Virus record (IMG/VR): IMGVR_UViG_3300009703_000004
DNA length: 35,728 bases
From: a virus
Reading direction: 5' to 3' (one strand)
How positions within the stretch are numbered: the stretch's first letter is position 1; each line of letters begins with the position of its first letter. The notes beneath the pieces were generated by a model. The model searched no databases and was not told the origin of the DNA. It was given only the letters and a program-made list of their open reading frames with translations. Below, piece by piece: positions 19,492-27,755 of this stretch. A program made the position numbers and the translations under genes.

Positions 19492-20313
19492 TTACTCCGC
19501 AATTTGTACTTCATATACAGCAGTGTCATCAATTAAGACAGCACCCATGCTCATATATGCAGTAATTAAGTTAGATACTCTTTCAGGGATATAATTAATC
19601 TCTGTGCGAACATCGCTACCTACAGCTAAACCTGCACCAGTTCTATGGTAGGCAAAGCATTGACGTTTTCCGCCAGTTGAAGGTAATCCAGAGAAAGTTA
19701 TCCAAAGGAATCCTAGCCACCTTTTGGCAACCATTCCGCCTTTATATGGAAGATCATCTGGCCCAACAAAGTCTGCATCTGAGAAAGCAGAAATTGCTAG
19801 AAGATCTATCCACCCATCAGGAGATACTACGAATACTCTATCTCCGTCATCAGGTACATCATTTTCACCAAAGTGAGCAAACACAGTATTGATTTTTGAT
19901 TGAATCAATCCGTCTGAACCACTTTCAGTAACAGTATTAGAAGTACCATCAAGAGCAGTTGTTATAATTTCGTCAGCTTTTCTACCCAATGCACCAGCAG
20001 ATGATTGAGCTACGACTGACCTTTCGTCAATATTGGTCTTTAGTTCGTCAAGACTATCAACATAATCAGCAGAATAATAATCAGATAATGTTACATCTAC
20101 ATTAGTGTGATCTAAATTCATAACTGGTACTTGACCATGTCTTGATTTTTGAACAGCAGAACCTTTACCGACCTTTTGGAAACGAGCTTGGCTTCCTTGT
20201 ACGTTTGGCTTTACACGAATAGTTCCTTGAAGTTTTGATCCCATGCGTTGATACGCAACATGAACATCACTCTCGAACTGTTTAATGAAAGCTTGGTCTA
20301 TTGATAAAGACAT
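19492..20313 (-). CDS. Major capsid protein
   Basis: Position is after the scaffold gene. Strong SD (AATGGAGGACAAGTATG). N-terminal pattern FIKQFESDVHVAYQRMGSKL...SAGALGRKADEIITTALDG resembles capsid families of BPP-1-like or small podoviruses. Confidence 0.7.
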   Translation of the reverse strand: MSLSIDQAFIKQFESDVHVAYQRMGSKLQGTIRVKPNVQGSQARFQKVGKGSAVQKSRHGQVPVMNLDHTNVDVTLSDYYSADYVDSLDELKTNIDERSVVAQSSAGALGRKADEIITTALDGTSNTVTESGSDGLIQSKINTVFAHFGENDVPDDGDRVFVVSPDGWIDLLAISAFSDADFVGPDDLPYKGGMVAKRWLGFLWITFSGLPSTGGKRQCFAYHRTGAGLAVGSDVRTEINYIPERVSNLITAYMSMGAVLIDDTAVYEVQIAE

Positions 20314-20432
20314 ACTTGTCCTCCATTGTTAATATTATTATGAACGAGATTATCAAGTTCTCTCGCTGTAAAGTTATCCATAAGGGCTCTACTTGATTTA
20401 AACTTGGTCTACATTACAGATGTAACCGAATT

Positions 20433-20885
20433 TTACTGCGTATTTCTACGCACAAAGTAATAAAAACTTGTGTTATTTACATGAATAACTTTAGGATTTA
20501 TATAAAAACCTAGTAAAATCAATAGGTTAATAGCTTTTTTATTCTCAATCCATACTAAATTATGTACTTTTTCGTAAGGAGTTGCTACATAATTTACCCA
20601 TTTTACAGCCATTTTCCCTATAGTTACTGGATTATTAAAAGCTTTTTCTGTAGATAATACCCATATTGTGGCTACTTTAGAGGATTCAGGTACAACACCA
20701 CCTATTAATAATGGTTCATTATCTTTATATAATGTAAGTGTTTGATTCTTTTTCATAAGCATTGCTGTATTAATTGCTTGTAATGGAGTTTTATTAAACA
20801 CTTTACATTCAACAACATCAGCATGTCGCATATGTTTTGCTATATGTATGGCATCTTTAGGAACAGATGGTAATACAGAATACAA
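20433..20885 (-). CDS. Gp13/DUF2833-like protein (family assignment from memory), structural-module copy
   Basis: KDAIHIAKHMRHADVVE ... GGVVPE ... IWVLST ... NLVWIENKKAINLLILLGF. Clear paralog of the ORF at 30664-31134. Confidence 0.45.
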   Translation of the reverse strand: MYSVLPSVPKDAIHIAKHMRHADVVECKVFNKTPLQAINTAMLMKKNQTLTLYKDNEPLLIGGVVPESSKVATIWVLSTEKAFNNPVTIGKMAVKWVNYVATPYEKVHNLVWIENKKAINLLILLGFYINPKVIHVNNTSFYYFVRRNTQ

Positions 20886-20887
20886 AC

Positions 20888-21637
20888 TTATCCAAACATT
20901 TTGGAGAAGGCTTCATCTATTTGTTTAACGTATGCTTCATCTCTTTTATTAGGATTCGAATAACGAGGATCTAACATCATCTCTTCTAAATCTTTTCTAG
21001 TTTTTCTAGTAGAAGATAATTCATTTCCTCTTCCAATATTAACTTTTTGTGCTTCCATCATTCGTTCTAATGCTTTAACACCATCTGCTGTAACAATCAT
21101 ATTCTCTAAAGCTTTACCTTCTTCTGGAGTAAAATTTTTATTTACCCATAATCCAACAGCTTCCGTTCTTTGTTTAGCATTTTCACCTAATTTATTAAAC
21201 TCTTCATCAACATCAGGGCCATTATTCATTCCGTTTTTCATAAACATTTCTATACCAGAATTAAATCCTTCTTGATCTATTCCATTATTATGACAATAAT
21301 CTTTCCAACTATCCATTAAAGGATTGTCTGCGTTAACACCTTCTGGCATTTCAGGTATAACATAATCACTAGGTTTTTCTGGTAATTCTTCAGCTACTTC
21401 TTTTTCAAGCTTTGCAATAATTTCTGCTTCCATATCTTCAGATTTTTTACCAACAAAAGCTTCAAGTTCGTTATAGGATTTTGCCATGCCTTGATAGTCG
21501 GCTTCTCCGTTTTCTGACCAGAACTTTTCTGGTAACCACTCTGGCCTTTCAGTAACTTCAATTTCCTCTTCTGTTCCAACGTCAACACTTGGCTCGGTAC
21601 TTTCTTCATTAGGATTTACTTCGTTCATGTTCACCAC
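20888..21637 (-). CDS. Scaffolding protein
   Basis: Acidic, helical, 249 aa, between portal and capsid. PEWLPEKFWSENGEADYQGMAKSYNELEAFVGKK is typical of podovirus scaffolds. Confidence 0.6.
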   Translation of the reverse strand: MVNMNEVNPNEESTEPSVDVGTEEEIEVTERPEWLPEKFWSENGEADYQGMAKSYNELEAFVGKKSEDMEAEIIAKLEKEVAEELPEKPSDYVIPEMPEGVNADNPLMDSWKDYCHNNGIDQEGFNSGIEMFMKNGMNNGPDVDEEFNKLGENAKQRTEAVGLWVNKNFTPEEGKALENMIVTADGVKALERMMEAQKVNIGRGNELSSTRKTRKDLEEMMLDPRYSNPNKRDEAYVKQIDEAFSKMFG

Positions 21638-21881
21638 CTTTGATTCTTGTTTCTATTAAACCAACAACAAATCTCATACCTTCTCTATGTCTTAATTCAG
21701 AGTCGGTTATATTAGGCCCTGCTACACTTTCTATAGTAATACTTCTAAGATAACTAAGAACTTTTTTACCAGAAGGAGATGCAAAAGTAGATAAAAAATG
21801 TAAGTTAATTTCTTTTTCTACATCTGAAGATCTTACTGATCCATCTACACTAGCTACTTTTTTATCCTTGTTGTCCACCAT
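21609..21881 (-). CDS. Bbp19-like small protein
   Basis: FLSTFASPSGKKVLSYLRS...REGMRFVVGLIETRI fits the pattern I recall for Bbp19-like phage proteins found next to portal genes. Confidence 0.4.
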   Translation of the reverse strand: MVDNKDKKVASVDGSVRSSDVEKEINLHFLSTFASPSGKKVLSYLRSITIESVAGPNITDSELRHREGMRFVVGLIETRIKGGEHERSKS

Positions 21882-23430
21882 CAGGCATTTGTCCTTGAGC
21901 TTGTTGCATCTTTAGCATTTGCTCTACTATCTGCTGTTGTTCTTCTGGTGTCCTTACTAGCTTTTCAGGAATACCAAACTTCTTAGCAAGATACTGCGTT
22001 GCTTCGTTTGTGTCAACTAATCCGTTAATTAATTGTGGGCCAAAGCGAGCTTGGACAAGTTCTAAAAATCTATTAAATGCAGATACATCTTGATTAGCTT
22101 GTGCTTGTGCTAATGGAGATGTTGATTGTATTTTAATTTCTTGACCATTAATTGTTGGTAAAGTAATACGACCTTGTTTCTTTAATATATATACTACTCT
22201 TTGTAAAACTGGTTGTACCATTTCAGCTTGTAGTCTACCAAAAGCACTACCTATTTGCCTAGATAGATCTGCCATACGTTCAGCTACTTCTGTTGCAGAC
22301 ATAGGAGTTTTATTAGGATCTCCTAATGATTCATTGTATAATGCTTTACGAATATTATTACGCATATCTTTTAATACTAGATCAGCTACATTAAAATTAC
22401 CTGAAGGTGCTACTGGTTCTAATCCACGACTACCTGCCGCTCTTGGAATAATCGTTCCGGGTAAGAGTTGTATTGTATCTACATTAACAATACCATCATC
22501 TTCTAATTGATACATACCAGATATTGCCATCTGTGCGTTTTCTAATATTAATTCAATTACAAGATTAGTAGTCTTAACTGCTGGCATTGTGTTTAGTAAT
22601 GGGCCTCTTCCCCATATTTCACCAGAACTTTTACCCCATCTAAATACTACATAAGGATTACTACCTTGTCCTTCAAATCTTTTTTGTAATAAGATATGTT
22701 TATGTTTTACAGAAAATACAGTATAGATATAAGCTTCTACATTAGGATCACTATAATCTCTGTGGACACCTTCTGTTAAATGACAGAACATATCATTGCC
22801 TTTTGTCAACTCTCTTTTAATATCTAGTGGTAAATCTGCATCAGCATAAGCTATCATAATATTAGAAGCTCTAATATTTCTATCACGATATACACAATCT
22901 ATTTGGTCATTAGGGCCAACATCTAAACTTAAATGTGGTAATGGCACAGCAGTAAACCTAATAGGATTAATTGCATCTCCTTCTTCTATTAATAAACCAC
23001 CAGTACCTACTGCAAGATCTAAAAATGACTCATGTATTTCTTGTGAGAAATTAGAGTTTTGTAATACTTCAAATATATAACTAGTTATATTATCTAGTTG
23101 TGCATTGACTTCAGCTCTTTCTTCTTCTGGTATATCTGTTCCTGCAACAAAGTCTGCCCATCTTGCATAGTTAGGAACTATACCTGCTTGTAAACGAGAA
23201 GCAAACTCTTGTACTCCAGTTACAGCAGTTTCATCAAAGATTTTATCAGTACGATTACTACCAGCAGAGGTAGCATAAAAGCTTTCTCTTGATGGCATTG
23301 CATATTCATAACACTCTTCAAAGACTGGTCGCCATTGTTCCTTAATAGTATTGGCACGTTTATATTTCTCAATCATTCTCTCAATGGGTTCTCCAGTAAG
23401 AGAGATTGGGTTAGGCATCATTATAGGCAT
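21862..23430 (-). CDS. Portal (head-to-tail connector) protein
   Basis: 522 aa immediately downstream of the large terminase. N-terminal pattern WRPVFEECYEYAMPSRESF...DETAVTGVQEFASRLQAGIVPNYARWADF resembles podovirus connectors. Confidence 0.8.
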   Translation of the reverse strand: MPIMMPNPISLTGEPIERMIEKYKRANTIKEQWRPVFEECYEYAMPSRESFYATSAGSNRTDKIFDETAVTGVQEFASRLQAGIVPNYARWADFVAGTDIPEEERAEVNAQLDNITSYIFEVLQNSNFSQEIHESFLDLAVGTGGLLIEEGDAINPIRFTAVPLPHLSLDVGPNDQIDCVYRDRNIRASNIMIAYADADLPLDIKRELTKGNDMFCHLTEGVHRDYSDPNVEAYIYTVFSVKHKHILLQKRFEGQGSNPYVVFRWGKSSGEIWGRGPLLNTMPAVKTTNLVIELILENAQMAISGMYQLEDDGIVNVDTIQLLPGTIIPRAAGSRGLEPVAPSGNFNVADLVLKDMRNNIRKALYNESLGDPNKTPMSATEVAERMADLSRQIGSAFGRLQAEMVQPVLQRVVYILKKQGRITLPTINGQEIKIQSTSPLAQAQANQDVSAFNRFLELVQARFGPQLINGLVDTNEATQYLAKKFGIPEKLVRTPEEQQQIVEQMLKMQQAQGQMPDGGQQG

Positions 23431-23433
23431 ATA

Positions 23434-23664
23434 TTAATCTCCTAGTGTTGGCTTTTGCCCTGCTCCTAAGAATCCTGCACCACTTGATGAAATTAATTTT
23501 CTTTTACTACCACTCATACCATAAGCAACTTGTTTTCTTTTTTGAACGTCTGCTGCTTGATTAGATAATTTTTGACTAGCTTGTTCATCTTCTCTATTAG
23601 AGATAGCTGGATTTGGTGGTGGTGCTGGTGGTGGTGGGGGACTACTTCTTGCTCCTAAACACAT
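23434..23664 (-). CDS. Hypothetical small protein with polyproline tract
   Basis: ORF track. SSPPPPPAPPPNP is encoded by the G-rich run at ~23611-23640. SD TAGGAG lies upstream. Confidence 0.45.
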   Translation of the reverse strand: MCLGARSSPPPPPAPPPNPAISNREDEQASQKLSNQAADVQKRKQVAYGMSGSKRKLISSSGAGFLGAGQKPTLGD

Positions 23665-23766
23665 ATTTTAACTCCTATATTTCTGCACATGAATAACAGT
23701 TAATTTCTAAACCAACTGATACTTCTTTAATTATTGGCGATTTCCACATAATAATGCCTTTCTAAG

Positions 23767-25317
23767 TTAGAATATACCATTTCTACGTTGAAAAATACTA
23801 GCTCGTCTACGCACAACTTTACGAGGTTCTCTTGTAAATACATCAAAATCTCTTTTAGCTTGTACTACTTTTTGTTCTTTTCCTTGTGTAAGAGCTTTAC
23901 CTTCTCCTGCTCCTAGTAATAAATATTGTAAAGCATCATGTATATGTGAGTAATGATTCTTGTCTGGTTTATCAGCATACCTTTCACCAGACACATTCAT
24001 ACGTCTGTATTGATACCCACCCTCAAACCCTTTGATTAAATGCTTGCAACGATAATCTACAAGCATACCACTTAACCCTTCAATCATTCTACCTAGAGGA
24101 GCTCGGACACTTTCTAAACGTAATGATACATCATTACTTGGTGCTGGTTGAGCATAAATGCCAGCTCCTCTAAGTATTTGAAATGGTGTGCTTTCATCTG
24201 TTTGAGCTCTAAAATCCCCAGCAGGATCACCATATATTCTAGCAAGAGGAAGATTAATAAATTTACCTTGCATCTCTTGTCTTAATACTTCTGCAAATCT
24301 AACCATACCCATATCTTGTGCTACAATCTCATGTAGTATTAACCATCTTCCTCTAATCTGCTGAGCAAATACACAAGCAGGAGTTAAACCAAAGTCTATA
24401 CCTACATAGTAAGGTACTCCTTCTGCTGGTATTAATCCTTCTTTTGCAACATGCACTTCTTTAGAAAAATCTTTATAAATAGGTTTGCCATCTTCTATAC
24501 TACCTAACTTATTCATTACATAAACATCAATCCAAGATTTAGTTTTACCTCTTATAATGTTTTGATAATAATCAGATGTTAAATTTTTTACATTCTCTGC
24601 TTCTTTATTTATTTCATATCTTTCTACTTCTCCATCATTATTTCTTGTTTCAATCATTCCTGCTGGTTGTGTAAAGAATTTCCAGTTATCAGGTTTAACT
24701 AACATAAGAGTTTCTTCTCTAGTAAAATGTTCTGGTACTGGTGCATCACCAGACATAACACTCCACCAATGATCTTCGTCTGGTGCATTAGTATCAGCTA
24801 TAACCCCATACCATGTAGGGCCACCATCTTTCATAGAAGGATATCTTCCTACTCTCATAGTACCTGCATCTATAATTTGTTTAGGTATTTCACGACTCTC
24901 ATTAAAAAATATATAAGTTAATTCTAATGACAATAATTTCTTTACATCATCTGGTCTATCTAATGCTAGAAAGATAACTTCTAAATCTATCTCTCCTCTT
25001 TTTATATGATGTGTATAAGGTGGCGACCAATTCATTTTTCCCCAATCTTTTTCAGGAAACCAGTCTAACCATGTTTTAATTGTTGTTGTTCTTAATTGTG
25101 GATTAGTATTTCTTACAACAGCTACTCTTGTTTTGCGTACTCCATGTGCATCTTTCTCTTGTTGTAATGCTCTTCTTAATATTTCTATACAACAAGCAAC
25201 AGACTTACCAGAACCAACTGGCCCTCTTACTCCTCTAAAGAAAGTATTGTCTGATAAAAATTCTCTTAGTATAGAACCTTCAGGTTTATAATTAAGTTCA
25301 ATCAACTTTACCTGCAT
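23767..25317 (-). CDS. terL: Terminase large subunit
   Basis: Walker A RGPVGSGKS near the N-terminus. Size 516 aa. Position upstream of portal. Nuclease-half-like C-terminus. Confidence 0.85.
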   Translation of the reverse strand: MQVKLIELNYKPEGSILREFLSDNTFFRGVRGPVGSGKSVACCIEILRRALQQEKDAHGVRKTRVAVVRNTNPQLRTTTIKTWLDWFPEKDWGKMNWSPPYTHHIKRGEIDLEVIFLALDRPDDVKKLLSLELTYIFFNESREIPKQIIDAGTMRVGRYPSMKDGGPTWYGVIADTNAPDEDHWWSVMSGDAPVPEHFTREETLMLVKPDNWKFFTQPAGMIETRNNDGEVERYEINKEAENVKNLTSDYYQNIIRGKTKSWIDVYVMNKLGSIEDGKPIYKDFSKEVHVAKEGLIPAEGVPYYVGIDFGLTPACVFAQQIRGRWLILHEIVAQDMGMVRFAEVLRQEMQGKFINLPLARIYGDPAGDFRAQTDESTPFQILRGAGIYAQPAPSNDVSLRLESVRAPLGRMIEGLSGMLVDYRCKHLIKGFEGGYQYRRMNVSGERYADKPDKNHYSHIHDALQYLLLGAGEGKALTQGKEQKVVQAKRDFDVFTREPRKVVRRRASIFQRRNGIF

Positions 25318-25489
25318 CTACAAATTGTTTAATCATATTACCAGCAACCTCAGGGCCTAAAGCATCTATGAATTTATCTATCTCATAAGGAGTAAGATAC
25401 CCCTTAGGATAAAATTTTAATTGCACATTAGCAACTATTTTTCTTAACCTATTTAAATCTTGTAGATTTAATTGGTTGGTAAAACTCAT
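25298..25489 (-). CDS. Hypothetical protein
   Basis: ORF track; ATGA-type coupling. No motif recognised. Confidence 0.45.
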   Translation of the reverse strand: MSFTNQLNLQDLNRLRKIVANVQLKFYPKGYLTPYEIDKFIDALGPEVAGNMIKQFVDAGKVD

Positions 25490-25854
25490 TATCTTCTATA
25501 GCTAGGTAAAGCATTAGTAAGTTTATTTTTCTTTGCTTTACGAAGTTTAGGAGCAATATAGTTTACACCTCTATGTGGTATAGATGTTCCGCTTGATTTT
25601 TTGTTTTTACCTTTTACATTAACATAATTTGTTTTATTAGAACTAGATGCAGGTTTACCTCTAGGAGTGTAAACTTCTCCACCCATTCTATTACTACGAG
25701 CAGATGGAGTATTTGAACTAATTAATCCTCCAGTATTACGAGAACCAACAATAACATTAGCATTTTTATTTTTAGCTGTTAACCCTCCGTCATCTCTAGT
25801 TCTTTTCTTCTTACGAGCCATTGCTGACTTAATTACTGCATGTGATAGTGGCAT
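25489..25854 (-). CDS. Highly basic, low-complexity (Lys/Arg/Ser/Gly/Asn) protein
   Basis: ORF track; composition read directly (ARKKKRTRDDGG...KGKNKKSSG...KLRKAKKNK). Confidence 0.5.
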   Translation of the reverse strand: MPLSHAVIKSAMARKKKRTRDDGGLTAKNKNANVIVGSRNTGGLISSNTPSARSNRMGGEVYTPRGKPASSSNKTNYVNVKGKNKKSSGTSIPHRGVNYIAPKLRKAKKNKLTNALPSYRR

Positions 25855-26144
25855 TATATATTTTCCTTCTCTTTCATTGCTAGACTTAATATTGAATAAC
25901 CAGCCATGTCTAACAAATGATCTGGATTATCTTTATCACCTTCACTTATACGTGCTACCTTTAATAAGCACATCATAACACAAACATCTTCTTTTGTTAT
26001 CTTTGTGTCAAGGTACATACCCCAATAATCAGCAATAAGCTGAAAACTCTCTTCTGCATTACCATGTGTTTGATTACGGTCATTTGTTAATATGTCTTGT
26101 AGTCTAGTAATAATACCATTTACATATGCGTTAAAGTTTGCCAT
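25854..26144 (-). CDS. DUF6378-like phage protein (assignment from memory)
   Basis: HGNAEESFQLIADYWGMYL...ITKEDVCVMMCLLKVARISEGDKDNPDHLLDMAGYSIL fits the K.aR....n.D...D.aGY pattern. Confidence 0.45.
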   Translation of the reverse strand: MANFNAYVNGIITRLQDILTNDRNQTHGNAEESFQLIADYWGMYLDTKITKEDVCVMMCLLKVARISEGDKDNPDHLLDMAGYSILSLAMKEKENI

Positions 26145-26278
26145 TATGTATTCTTAAAACCTTTTTTCATATTTGCATATGCTTTATCTGATATAGTAGA
26201 ATCTTCTTTACTTCTACTTGTTTTATTTTTTTTCCTTTTGTTCATATAATAATACAAACCTTTTTTAGTTTTAGCCAT
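26144..26278 (-). CDS. 44-aa very basic peptide (below the ORF-track cut-off)
   Basis: Own translation: MAKTKKGLYYYMNKRKKNKTSRSKEDSTISDKAYANMKKGFKNT. It fills the 136-nt gap. TAATG couples it to the next ORF. The SD is weak. Confidence 0.4.
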   Translation of the reverse strand: MAKTKKGLYYYMNKRKKNKTSRSKEDSTISDKAYANMKKGFKNT

Positions 26279-26280
26279 AT

Positions 26281-26550
26281 CTAACTCTTCTTATGTGTTT
26301 GACAAAACTTACTTGCACTAGCTTTACTACCAAAACCCCATGCTTTTAATGCAAGTTTTAATCTAGTAGGTCTACCTTTCTTATCTTTCTCAGGGCCTTT
26401 CATTCCTGCAAACCTACAAGCAAAGCTTATTCTTCTAGGATTAGTACCAGACTTTACTGGTGCTTTTAAATTACTACCTTCTTTTCTTTTAAAGTGTGCT
26501 CTACCTTTAGCTGATAAACCACCTTTAGGATTCTTATGTTCTTTTCTCAA
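26281..26550 (-). CDS. Basic small protein of a conserved phage/marine-bacterial family (function unknown)
   Basis: KNPKGGLSAKGRAHFKRKEGSNLKAPV...NPRRISFACRFAGMKGP is a pattern I recall from uncharacterised phage proteins. Confidence 0.5.
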   Translation of the reverse strand: MRKEHKNPKGGLSAKGRAHFKRKEGSNLKAPVKSGTNPRRISFACRFAGMKGPEKDKKGRPTRLKLALKAWGFGSKASASKFCQTHKKS

Positions 26551-26771
26551 TGCAACGTACCTTTTAATTCTTGAAAATTTTCTGAGCCATTAAGTAACTC
26601 ATTCACTATAGATGCAACTACCTCAGCATCTTCATAAGTATCTAAAGCATTAAACACAACATGCACTTCATGTTTACCTTTGTGATCTTTTATAAACACA
26701 GCAACCTTAGATTTAATTAATTCATCTGACATAAGAAACATTAACCTTTGTTTTATAGTGTGAGTACGCAC
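26547..26771 (-). CDS. Hypothetical protein
   Basis: ORF track (GTG start). An alternative ATG start (MFLMSDE) lies at 26741. Confidence 0.45.
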   Translation of the reverse strand: MRTHTIKQRLMFLMSDELIKSKVAVFIKDHKGKHEVHVVFNALDTYEDAEVVASIVNELLNGSENFQELKGTLH

Positions 26772-26812
26772 AAACCTTGTGAGCTAAAAAATACTTGAGC
26801 AAGACCAGTTAC

Positions 26813-26852
26813 CTATACGGATCGGTTGGTTTTCAACCCCCCTGCCGTATAG
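26813..26852 (-). promoter_or_regulatory. Nested hairpin between terS and the next gene
   Basis: CTATACGG (26813-26820) pairs with CCGTATAG (26845-26852). An inner GGTTG/CAACC stem is at 26824-26828/26834-26838. There is no adjacent U-tract on the transcribed strand. Confidence 0.3.
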
Positions 26853-26865
26853 TGAGGTAGGGAAG

Positions 26866-27267
26866 TTATTGTCCAGAAAGGTCAATTTTTACTAATATGT
26901 CATTACCAACTTGACTAGTTGTTGTATCTTCTTTACGCAATCCAGCTCTATCCATAATATCTTTGCTTGCTTCTAGCCTAACGTACTCAGACTTAGCATC
27001 TTGTGAGAGATTACTAACAGTACTCAATGCTCTAACTGCGTCTACACTTAATGACTGAATAGACCTATCATATAGTGCTTGCAAAACGTTGCTGTTCTTA
27101 CATAAACGTGATGCTTCAACATGAGCAGACTTAGCACTATAACCTGCATCAATAGCTGACTGAGTTCTATTGCCACCAGATGCTAACAAGTTATCAATAA
27201 ACTTACTTTGTTTGTCCGTCAGGACATAATTAGCATGTGGCTTAATTGGCTTCAATTTGTTAGTCAT
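26866..27267 (-). CDS. terS: Terminase small subunit
   Basis: LTDKQSKFIDNLLASGGNRTQSAIDAGYSAKSAHVEASRLCKNSNVLQAL matches the Terminase_2-type small subunit pattern. It is the first gene of the leftward arm. Confidence 0.75.
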   Translation of the reverse strand: MTNKLKPIKPHANYVLTDKQSKFIDNLLASGGNRTQSAIDAGYSAKSAHVEASRLCKNSNVLQALYDRSIQSLSVDAVRALSTVSNLSQDAKSEYVRLEASKDIMDRAGLRKEDTTTSQVGNDILVKIDLSGQ

Positions 27268-27358
27268 AACCTATCCTTCCCTTAGTCTTAATGAATGGTG
27301 TTCCTAAGTAGTACCAAGCCACATTCCGCTAGTCAACACCTAGTGTGTGTATAAAGTG

Positions 27359-27447
27359 AATAGCTAGTATATGTGGGCATTCCACAGAAGTACTAATCAC
27401 GTTATGAAGGACAAGTCGTTCAAATAGTTCAGTATACTGTGGGACAT
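27359..27447 (+). repeat. Imperfect ~22-25-nt direct repeat in the control region (operator, iteron or tandem-promoter candidate)
   Basis: AATAGCTAGTATATGTGGGCAT (27359-27380) versus AATAGTTCAGTATACTGTGGGACAT (27423-27447): one substitution and three 1-nt indels. Copy 1 overlaps the palindrome TGTGG-N5-CCACA (27372-27386). Confidence 0.5.
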
Positions 27448-27582
27448 CTACGATCTTTAAATTTATTTGTTTTAGATAACTGCCTAAGACCTTTGTTTAC
27501 TAATTAAGATATATAGAGCTCTTATGACTACACAGCGAACGCACTCTATCACAATAACATAATATATACAAAAAAGATAAAT

Positions 27583-27680
27583 CACTGGCTTTCCTATCGT
27601 ATAGTGTATCGCTAAGGAGCGATACTCCTTATGTTAAGACCAAACCTAAGAAGGTTTGGAGGAAAGCTGGTGTTTTGTAT
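27583..27680 (+). ncRNA. Candidate structured RNA / leader element (three-way junction plus U-tract)
   Basis: A 12-bp closing helix (27583-27594 / 27661-27672, two G.U pairs valid only on the + strand) encloses two perfect 8-bp hairpins with AAGG and AAGA loops. It is followed by TTTTGTAT. Confidence 0.4.
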
Positions 27681-27755
27681 ATATTATAACATGGTGATCG
27701 GTGGTTCGTGTAAGTCATAAGGCTTATATAACTTAATTAAACAAAGGAGGCAGTT

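Noticed and set aside
20314-20432. Short imperfect hairpin (about 20407-20428) and a 27-codon ORF upstream of the capsid gene
   Set aside because: The stem is short and bulged with no U-tract. The mini-ORF has no SD and runs into the capsid start in another frame. The region is most simply the capsid gene's 5' UTR with its strong SD.}
21394-21609. 71-aa ORF in an alternative frame inside the scaffold gene
   Set aside because: It is fully embedded in a well-supported gene on the same strand. Its Lys/Leu-rich composition is typical of a shifted frame of an acidic AT-rich gene. There is no independent evidence for it.}
8261-26772. Recurrent TACGCACA (minus-strand TGTGCGTA) at 8261, 20447, 23809 and 26765, all on one strand; two copies share the 11-mer TCTACGCACAA
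   Set aside because: It was chosen post hoc. Two copies are inside genes, where they encode (F/V)VRR with the same codons. No common -10/-35 or other flanking element aligns among the four. It would merit only a formal motif-enrichment test.}
26845-26862. T7-promoter-like core CTCACTATA on the minus strand (CCCTACCTCACTATACGG), with a related CACTATACG at 27598-27606
   Set aside because: Only the 9-nt core matches; the upstream recognition part of T7-type promoters does not. The genome encodes no single-subunit RNAP. A rough estimate says a shared 9-mer between these two intergenic regions is not improbable by chance.}
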